Positions 19,532-26,606 of a stretch of DNA of 64,000 nucleotides are shown one piece after another; position 1 is the first letter of the stretch; the number at the start of each line of letters is the position of its first letter. Made by a program: the position numbers and the translations under genes. The stretch lies in contig JAXHMY010000001.1 of assembly GCA_034520965.1 (NCBI GenBank), forward strand, positions 512,001 through 576,000. Direction: 5' to 3'. The notes under the pieces are model-generated. The model saw only the letters and a list, made by a program, of their open reading frames with translations. It ran no database searches and was not told where the DNA came from. The stretch comes from Spirochaetia bacterium. Lineage in GTDB: Bacteria; Spirochaetota; Spirochaetia; DSM-16054; Sediminispirochaetaceae.

Positions 19532-20353
19532 ATGAACATCGATAACTTAGACACAGTCCTGCCGTATATTGTACAGTTAGCCCAGTCCGCCGGAAAGCTG
19601 CAGAGGGAATATATAGATTCCTCCGTTACAATGCAGAATAAAAGCAGTCAGGTTGACCTTGTAACCGAGGTAGATCAACGCTGCGAAGAACTGATTTCCT
19701 CGAATTTGCATACTAAGTTTCCCGAGCATCAGATTTTAGGCGAGGAAGGGGGTTCTCAGGCAAGCACAAGTAATTCTCCGTACAAATGGGTTATTGATCC
19801 GCTGGACGGAACCACGAACTACGTGCATCAAGTTCCGGTGTTTGCAACCTCGATTGCGCTGTTAAAAGACACTACACCGATCCTCGGAGTAGTTCATAGC
19901 GAACCCCTTAAGCGAACCTATACAGCTATTGCCGGGCAGGGGGCGTTTCTTAACTCGACTCGGATCCATTGCTCGGAGACCGGGGATATCAATGCTTCTG
20001 TAGTAGCCACGGGCTTTCCCTACGACCGAGCCACCTCAAAGAAAAACAATGTGAACTACGTTGCCCATATGATCCCACGGGTACGCGGAATTCGTCGTTT
20101 AGGTGTGGCAGCTCTAGATGCCTGTTTTGTAGCTGAGGGAGTTTTTGATGCCTACTGGGAACTGAAAGTACGCCTGTGGGATATCGCCGCAGGGGTATTA
20201 ATTGCTCGGGAAGCGGGTGCAGTGGTACACTACCTCGCCGGTAGGCAGCCATACACCTACGATATACTTTGCGCAGCCCCTACTCTCCACGAAGCTCTGC
20301 TCCAGGAACTACTTACAGTGGATACAGATTTTTCCAGTTTAGCGAGCACCTAG
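19532..20353 (+). CDS. inositol monophosphatase family protein (SuhB-like)
   Basis: DLVTEVD, GEEG, WVIDPLDGTTNYVH, ATGFPYD and WDIAAG motifs; start set at ATG 19532, outside the intron. Confidence 0.9.
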   Translation: MNIDNLDTVLPYIVQLAQSAGKLQREYIDSSVTMQNKSSQVDLVTEVDQRCEELISSNLHTKFPEHQILGEEGGSQASTSNSPYKWVIDPLDGTTNYVHQVPVFATSIALLKDTTPILGVVHSEPLKRTYTAIAGQGAFLNSTRIHCSETGDINASVVATGFPYDRATSKKNNVNYVAHMIPRVRGIRRLGVAALDACFVAEGVFDAYWELKVRLWDIAAGVLIAREAGAVVHYLAGRQPYTYDILCAAPTLHEALLQELLTVDTDFSSLAST

Positions 20354-20437
20354 GCCGGCAGCTGCCCTTTATGCAGAATTGCTCTATACAGATTCTCTTC
20401 ACTTGGCAGGCTCAGAAGCAGCAAGAAAAATACGAAC

Positions 20438-20476
20438 AAAGGGCTGCCCAAGAACAATTCTCAGACAGCCCCTTTT
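20438..20476. terminator. probable intrinsic terminator between convergent genes
   Basis: AAAGGGCTG...CAGCCCCTTTT inverted repeat. Confidence 0.55.
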
Positions 20477-20499
20477 ACTTTTGTTTATCTCTTTTAATT

Positions 20500-21408
20500 T
20501 TATCCCTTTACAGATCCGGCCATCATACCGCGAACAAAGTACCTCTGCAGAGTGAAGAAAATGATCAACGGCATAATCATGGTTAAGAAGGCACCGGAGG
20601 TTAGCACGTGCCAGTCCTGGCCGCGCGAGCCGACCATTTCGGCCAGGCGGGTGGTAACCAGGGCATTCTCTTTATTGGTGCCTAGAAAAACCAAGGCTAC
20701 CAGAAGGTCGTTCCATACCCACAAAAACTGGAAAATTGCAAATGAGGCTATTGCAGGTTTTGATAAGGGCAGCACCAGCCGGGTAAAGCACATCCAGGGA
20801 GTGGCGCCGTCGGCGTGGGCGGATTCAATAATCTCCTTGGGTATTCCGGAGATATATCCGAACAGAAGATAAACTGCCAAGGGCAAACCAAAGCCGGTGT
20901 GGGCCAGCCAGATTCCCAGATAGGTTCCGTTCAGCTGATTAGCGGTATACACCTTTAATACCGGAATAAGGGCCATCTGCAGCGGCACTACTAGGAGGCC
21001 GACAATTATTACAAAAATTGCCTCACGGCCGGGAAAATCCATCCAGGCGATTGCGTATGCGGCAAAGGCTGCGATGGTGATAGGTATTACCGTAGAAGGA
21101 ATAGTAACCAGCAAACTATTGAGAAATGCCAGCCCCATAAAGTCTGCATACAGCACGCTTATGTAGTTCTGCAGAGTCCAGCGGGCACTAAAGGGGTGCC
21201 CTATCACCGTCCACCAGCCGGTATTATTAATTGCCTCGGGGGTTCTAAAGGAACTGACCAAGAGGCCTAGAATAGGCACAACCCAAATCAAAATTATTGC
21301 CAAAAGAATCAGGCGCATCGGGACGCTTTTTAATACGCGCTGCACTTTTACAGATGCGGGCGGCTTATTAATCGTAATCTGTCGGGTTTCCATTGTTGTA
21401 TCACTCAT
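20500..21408 (-). CDS. carbohydrate ABC transporter permease (AglG-like)
   Basis: GLLVSSFR, VVPLQMALIP, IWLAHTGFGLPL and FQFLWVWNDLLVAL motifs. Confidence 0.9.
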   Translation of the reverse strand: MSDTTMETRQITINKPPASVKVQRVLKSVPMRLILLAIILIWVVPILGLLVSSFRTPEAINNTGWWTVIGHPFSARWTLQNYISVLYADFMGLAFLNSLLVTIPSTVIPITIAAFAAYAIAWMDFPGREAIFVIIVGLLVVPLQMALIPVLKVYTANQLNGTYLGIWLAHTGFGLPLAVYLLFGYISGIPKEIIESAHADGATPWMCFTRLVLPLSKPAIASFAIFQFLWVWNDLLVALVFLGTNKENALVTTRLAEMVGSRGQDWHVLTSGAFLTMIMPLIIFFTLQRYFVRGMMAGSVKG

Positions 21409-21411
21409 ACT

Positions 21412-22521
21412 CTACCTCCTGTTCTCCCGCATCTGGGTGATGTTTCGTATCATAAACGGTATAACCACTATGAAGAGAAACACCGCTAAGGCACTACCTC
21501 GACCGAAGTTTCGGTAAATAAAGGCCTCCTTGTACATCCGCGTTGCAACAATACCGGTATCGTAGTTTCCGCTGGTCATAACATATACAATATCAAAGAT
21601 TTTCAGCACCATGAACAGAATCGTGGTCATAACCGTCAGGATGGTACCCTTTATATACGGTATTACCACATTGAAGAAAATCCTGATTTCAGTTGCGCCG
21701 TCAATTCTGGCCGCCTCAAGCAAGCTGCTGGGCACCCCCTTTACAGCCGCCGATTGAATTACCATCGCAAATCCGGTCTGCAGCCAAATCATGATGAACA
21801 GCAGAAAGAAGTTGTTCCACGGCCTGATAATGAGCCAGGCAACCGGCTCACCTCCAAAGGCAGTCACGATTGCATTCAACAACCCGATTTGCTCGTATCC
21901 GGCGGGCTGGTAGTAGTATACAAAGCGCCAAATAACACTGGCACCGACAAAGCTGATGGCCATTGGAAGAAAGATCAATGATTTTACAATTTTCTCCCAT
22001 CCCGGCTTTAGTCGGTCGGACATTACCGCAATCAGCAGCCCCATAGCAACAGCAACAAATGGAACAATAACAACCCAAAACAGAGTATTTCGCAGAATAA
22101 TGAGCATTTGCGGGTCGGTAAAGACGAACTCATAATTCCTCAATCCGACAAACTCCGTGCTGGTACGGTTCAGAAAACTCAAGTAGATGGTTCGCAGGGC
22201 GGGGAATACGATGTAAAACAGCAACACCGCCATTGCCGGTCCAACGAATACAAAGGGACGCAGCATATCCCGCATACGGGTAGGCAGCATCGAGACAAGG
22301 TTGTTGGTAGCTGCAAACAGCACCCACACTCCACCCACACCAATGGTAAGGGCTACAATACCTATGAGGAACTTGGATGCTTCGGAGTCCCTCATAAATA
22401 TAAAGCTCCACCGTAAAACAAGAAAGGTAACAACCGGGACTATTAACGACACAGCGATTCTAGTTGGAGTAGCTGCAAAAATCTCAAATAGGCGGTTGTT
22501 TTTGTTAGGTACTTGTGCCAT
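21412..22521 (-). CDS. carbohydrate ABC transporter permease (AglF-like)
   Basis: KSLIFLPMAISFVGASVIW, WLQTGFAMV and EAARIDGA motifs. Confidence 0.9.
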   Translation of the reverse strand: MAQVPNKNNRLFEIFAATPTRIAVSLIVPVVTFLVLRWSFIFMRDSEASKFLIGIVALTIGVGGVWVLFAATNNLVSMLPTRMRDMLRPFVFVGPAMAVLLFYIVFPALRTIYLSFLNRTSTEFVGLRNYEFVFTDPQMLIILRNTLFWVVIVPFVAVAMGLLIAVMSDRLKPGWEKIVKSLIFLPMAISFVGASVIWRFVYYYQPAGYEQIGLLNAIVTAFGGEPVAWLIIRPWNNFFLLFIMIWLQTGFAMVIQSAAVKGVPSSLLEAARIDGATEIRIFFNVVIPYIKGTILTVMTTILFMVLKIFDIVYVMTSGNYDTGIVATRMYKEAFIYRNFGRGSALAVFLFIVVIPFMIRNITQMRENRR

Positions 22522-22548
22522 ATAGAACTCCTTCCGGACTGTAGAAGG

Positions 22549-22574
22549 ATGCAGGCAGAATTATCTGCCTGCAT
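22549..22574. other. intercistronic hairpin after the binding-protein gene (probable mRNA stabiliser or partial terminator)
   Basis: ATGCAGGCAGA-ATTA-TCTGCCTGCAT perfect 11-bp stem. Confidence 0.55.
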
Positions 22575-22629
22575 ACATATTGTTTTTTTCGACTTTTTTA
22601 TATCAGCCGTCTCTCAGCTCACACACTTA

Positions 22630-23982
22630 CTATTCTTCAGGCCAGCTGTTGTCAATATTGGTGAGTACCTTTTCAAGATCTTCTCCACTCACCCAGTCGA
22701 CCATTCCCTTCCAGAAGGAACCGGCGCCAACTTGGCCGGGCATCAGGTCGGAGGCATCAAAGCGGAAGGTGTCGGCATTCATCAGAATCTCGGCATATCC
22801 GCGGTCGATATCGGAGGGATACCACTCGAGGGGAGTGTCTTTGTGGGGAGATACAAAACCGCCGGCCTGCAGCCAGGCTTTAGTAGAAATCCCCTGGGTA
22901 AGATACTTCATCACAGCTTTGGTTTCCGGCTTGTCGGTAAATGCTGATAGGCAGTCACCAGCACCCAGAACAGGCTTGCCCTCTTCTTCGTCGATCCCCG
23001 GCAGATAAAAATAGTCAACATCTTCACCAACCTTCGTGCCATCCGGCAGGAAGCCGAGAATAAAATTGGCCTGACGGTGCATCAGGGCCCGTGGAGGATC
23101 CTGTACAAGGGCAGTGGCGGCATCGCCAAAGGGTACGGTCAGAATGCTGTTGCGCCCGCCGAGGACATAGTCTTTATTGAACCAAATATCCCCTAGAATC
23201 TTGCTGGCACGTTTTACCTCAGGTGAGTTGAAGTCGAGCTCGCCCTTTACCCACTGGTCGTACTTCTCGGGGGGCTGGGTCCGCAGCATGATGTCTTCGA
23301 GCCAGTCGGTAGCCACCCAGCCGGTTGCACCGGAACTTTCAATGCCGATTGACCAGGGAGTATAACCGTCGGCGACCATCTGATCGCTCAGAGCCAGCAG
23401 TTCATCCCAGGTCTCCGGAATTTCATAGCCCTCTTGGTCGAATACCTGCTTTGAATACCATACCAGGCTCTTTACAGTGGCGCGGTACCATACACCGACC
23501 ATCTCGCCTTTGTAAGAACCAAGGTCAAGCCAGCTCTGGTCGTACTGCTGCTTCATGTAATCCTCGCTAAACCAGTCGTTCAAGTCGATGTGGTCCGTAC
23601 GGTTCATCACATCCTGCATAAGACCGGGCTGGGGGAATGCGGCAACGTCGGGGGGATCTCCACCCTCGGTTCGAACGGTAATTAGGGACTCAAAGTCACC
23701 GGAGCCCTCATACTCAACCTCGATACCGGTAGCTTCCTCAAAGGTCACCATACTTTTCTCGAATTTTTCAGCATCCGTATCGACGAATGCACCAAAAATG
23801 TTTACAGTTTTGCCGGAAAGATCCTGTCCATCGGTCCATTCATTGTCGGTATAGTCTCTTCCAGCAGTCTCTTCCGCTTCACCCTCATCGGATTCCTTTG
23901 GCTGACAAGATACAAACAGCATACTTGTCAGAAAGGCAACCACAACAAAAAGGGTAAAGAAAAGTCTTGATCCTTTACGCAT
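22630..23982 (-). CDS. alpha-glucoside ABC transporter substrate-binding lipoprotein (AglE-like)
   Basis: Lipoprotein signal FVSC; PPDVAAFPQPG, KSLVWY, ESSGATGWVATDWLEDIMLR and RFDASDLMP motifs. Confidence 0.9.
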   Translation of the reverse strand: MRKGSRLFFTLFVVVAFLTSMLFVSCQPKESDEGEAEETAGRDYTDNEWTDGQDLSGKTVNIFGAFVDTDAEKFEKSMVTFEEATGIEVEYEGSGDFESLITVRTEGGDPPDVAAFPQPGLMQDVMNRTDHIDLNDWFSEDYMKQQYDQSWLDLGSYKGEMVGVWYRATVKSLVWYSKQVFDQEGYEIPETWDELLALSDQMVADGYTPWSIGIESSGATGWVATDWLEDIMLRTQPPEKYDQWVKGELDFNSPEVKRASKILGDIWFNKDYVLGGRNSILTVPFGDAATALVQDPPRALMHRQANFILGFLPDGTKVGEDVDYFYLPGIDEEEGKPVLGAGDCLSAFTDKPETKAVMKYLTQGISTKAWLQAGGFVSPHKDTPLEWYPSDIDRGYAEILMNADTFRFDASDLMPGQVGAGSFWKGMVDWVSGEDLEKVLTNIDNSWPEE

Positions 23983-24037
23983 AGCACTCTCCTTTTAAAA
24001 CTTGTTTATTTTCCATGTGCATCTCAATAACAGTTCA

Positions 24038-24051
24038 TGCACACGGTTGCA
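24038..24051. promoter_or_regulatory. putative LacI-family operator (copy 4)
   Basis: TGCACACGGTTGCA downstream of minus-strand TTGACA (24086-24091), 17 bp, TACACT (24063-24068). Confidence 0.8.
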
Positions 24052-24108
24052 CTAATAAATTCAGTGTACGTTAGGTCCCATGTACTGTCAAGAAAAAGTT
24101 TTTAAAAG

Positions 24109-24249
24109 TAGTAATTTTAATTTTGGATAGTGCAATGCACTATCCAAAATTAGAATGCCTCCAACCGTTTAGATACACAAATTTTTGCTAAGAAAATAAA
24201 GCAAATTCTAAATTTGGAAGTCGTAAGACTTCCAAATTTAGAATTGCTG
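24109..24249. mobile_element. ~141-bp double-palindrome MITE/REPIN-like element, copy 2
   Basis: Hairpins AATTTTGGATAGTGCA-A-TGCACTATCCAAAATT and AATTCTAAATTTGGAAGTC-GTAA-GACTTCCAAATTTAGAATT; direct repeat TTTTAAAAGTAGTAATT at 24100-24116 and 24250-24266. Confidence 0.7.
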
Positions 24250-24394
24250 TTTTAAAAGTAGTAATTCTTAAGCCCAGCCAGTCATAAAAAAGAGCGCTGC
24301 AGCCCTATTCTTCCAAAATATTGAATTGTGAGTGCCCTTCAGCTTTTATAAGCAGATCTTTTCTGCTACTATATATCACATTATTGGAGAAAAT

Positions 24395-24739
24395 ATGGAA
24401 GTGAAGGACGTTTGTAAAATAGTCGATGCTCAGTTGCACACTCCATCGCGTGAGAAAGAGTGTAAAATTGAAAAGGCCTTTTCTTCAGATTTGATGAGCG
24501 ATGTATTAACACTTCTTACGGATAATCTGCTTTTAATCACTGGTTTGAACAATATTCAAACCGTAAGAACCGCAGAAATGGGCGATATCTGTCATATTTT
24601 GTTTGTGAGGGGTAAGCAACCCAGCGAAAAGATGATTGAACTGGCCGAAGAACAGCACATTGTTCTGATGTCTACTTCGTACTCAATGTTCAAGGCTTCC
24701 GGCTTATTGTGGGCAGCCGGGTTATCACCGGTATACTGA
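24395..24739 (+). CDS. DRTGG-domain protein
   Basis: SDLMSDVL...LLITGL...VRTAEM...FVRGK pattern typical of hydrogenase-associated DRTGG proteins. Confidence 0.8.
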   Translation: MEVKDVCKIVDAQLHTPSREKECKIEKAFSSDLMSDVLTLLTDNLLLITGLNNIQTVRTAEMGDICHILFVRGKQPSEKMIELAEEQHIVLMSTSYSMFKASGLLWAAGLSPVY

Positions 24740-24773
24740 AAAGTCGGCCGGGCAAGAGAGGTTATAAAAAACC

Positions 24774-25238
24774 GTGCATTTTGAATTCGAAATTGAAGCC
24801 GGCGATTTTTCCAACGCCGGATATGCATCCAGCCAAATAAAAAAAATACTCAAACAGCTTAACCTGCCGAACAACGTAGTGAAAAAGGCCGTAGTGGCTC
24901 TGTTTGAATCGGAAGTAAATGTGATCGGCCACAGCTTCGGTGGAACAGTTGCAATCGATATCGAAAACGAACGCTTACACATATTAGTGAGCGACACCGG
25001 ACCTGGTATCGAAGATGTAGATCTGGCAATGTCCGAGGGCTATTCTACCGCCACGAAGGAAATTCAGGAAATGGGTTTTGGAGCAGGTATGGGACTGCCG
25101 AATATCAAGAAAAATACTGACTACCTTGATATACGCAGTCAAGCAGGGGACCACACCGAAATCGAGATGTTAATACACTTTAACCAAGAGTCCGACCAAG
25201 ATCCAGATCTAGGGTCCGCGGAGGACAGGCAATCGTGA
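24774..25238 (+). CDS. anti-sigma-factor-type Ser/Thr kinase (HATPase_c)
   Basis: E...NVIGH, DTGPGI, GYSTA and MGFGAGMGLPNIK motifs. Confidence 0.85.
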   Translation: MHFEFEIEAGDFSNAGYASSQIKKILKQLNLPNNVVKKAVVALFESEVNVIGHSFGGTVAIDIENERLHILVSDTGPGIEDVDLAMSEGYSTATKEIQEMGFGAGMGLPNIKKNTDYLDIRSQAGDHTEIEMLIHFNQESDQDPDLGSAEDRQS

Positions 25239-26581
25239 AACCCCTTCCCTTTCATCACGCCCTAAAAGTGAAGGAAGAGGTGTGCTTCGGCTGCACCCGC
25301 TGCATGATGATCTGTCCTACCGGCGCAATCCGTATCAATCGCGGCAAGGCCCATGTAAACCCCGACCGCTGTGTCGACTGCGGCAACTGTATGGAAGTTT
25401 GTCCGGTTAATGCCATTGTCATTGAGCAAGATGACTTTCAGAAAATATATCGCTATAAATACCGGGTTGCGGTTGTTCCATCGGTGATGATTGGGCAGTT
25501 CAAAGAAGAGATTACCGAAGAACAAATCTACAGTATACTGATGGAACTCGGTTTCACCCATGTCTACGAAGCAGAGTTCGGCAGTGATATTCTCCATGAA
25601 ATCAGCGGCCGGTATACTACCTACGCCGATCGCTCACCGGTTATATCAACCTTCTGCCCGGCGATCGTACGCCTCATACAGGTACGCTTCCCTTCCCTTG
25701 TCCAGCACCTCAACCTGATTAAACCGCCCCTCGATATCACCGCCGCATATGCCACTCAGCAGCTTATCGAGAACGGAGCCAGAGCCCAGGAGATCGGGAT
25801 GTTCTACGTAACTCCCTGTGCGGCCAAGATAGCCGCCATTAAAAGTCCTCAGGGAGAGAGCAAAAGTGGTTTTGACGGGGTCATCAATATGGACTTCCTG
25901 TTCAACCTGGTCCATAAAACCATTGTAAAGCAGAAACACAAGGAAAACGATACTATTCCTCAGCAAAGAAATCTGTCCGGTGAGGCGGTGGTGTGGAGTC
26001 TTACCATGGGAGAAGCACCCCATATGCCGGGCCGCAGCCTGGCGGTCGACGGAATTCACAATGTCATAGAGTTTCTAGAAAAGCTGGAAAATGAAGAGAT
26101 CCACGGAATAGACTTTCTAGAGCTGCGCGCATGCGACGAGGGCTGTGCCGGCGGAATTCTCGGTTCGGGAAACCGCTTTCTTACCGCCGAACGGCTCCGA
26201 CACCGGGGGGAATCAATGGACGAAATCTCCTCTCATGTAAAACAGGAAATCCACGCGCAGGCAGAATACCTTCGTCACAATCTAAAACTGGAACGGATTG
26301 AAGCCCGCTCTATAGTAAAGCTTGATGATAATTTTCAGACTGCCATGGAAAAAATGGAACAGATTCAAGATTTATTGAAAAAACTACCCCATGTCGACTG
26401 CGGTACCTGCGGTTCCCCTTCTTGTGAGGCCCTGGCCCAGGATATTGTGCAGGACAAGGCGGATTTGTCCCGCTGCATATTTTATCAGAGGAGACAGGAG
26501 CTGCTGGACAGCCGTCACGCCAAAACTAATCTAGAACGGATGATCAAAGTATGGGGCCGCGAGAAGCTGGCAGGCAGCTGA
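25235..26581 (+). CDS. atypical [FeFe]-hydrogenase-like Fe-S protein (putative sensory/regulatory)
   Basis: N-terminal 2x[4Fe-4S] motifs; divergent H-cluster motifs STFCPA, TPCAAKIAA, ELRACDEGCAGG; C-terminal DCGTCGSPSC...C. Confidence 0.8.
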   Translation: MKPLPFHHALKVKEEVCFGCTRCMMICPTGAIRINRGKAHVNPDRCVDCGNCMEVCPVNAIVIEQDDFQKIYRYKYRVAVVPSVMIGQFKEEITEEQIYSILMELGFTHVYEAEFGSDILHEISGRYTTYADRSPVISTFCPAIVRLIQVRFPSLVQHLNLIKPPLDITAAYATQQLIENGARAQEIGMFYVTPCAAKIAAIKSPQGESKSGFDGVINMDFLFNLVHKTIVKQKHKENDTIPQQRNLSGEAVVWSLTMGEAPHMPGRSLAVDGIHNVIEFLEKLENEEIHGIDFLELRACDEGCAGGILGSGNRFLTAERLRHRGESMDEISSHVKQEIHAQAEYLRHNLKLERIEARSIVKLDDNFQTAMEKMEQIQDLLKKLPHVDCGTCGSPSCEALAQDIVQDKADLSRCIFYQRRQELLDSRHAKTNLERMIKVWGREKLAGS

Positions 26582-26606
26582 GCTGCCAACCTACCCATCT
26601 ACCTGC

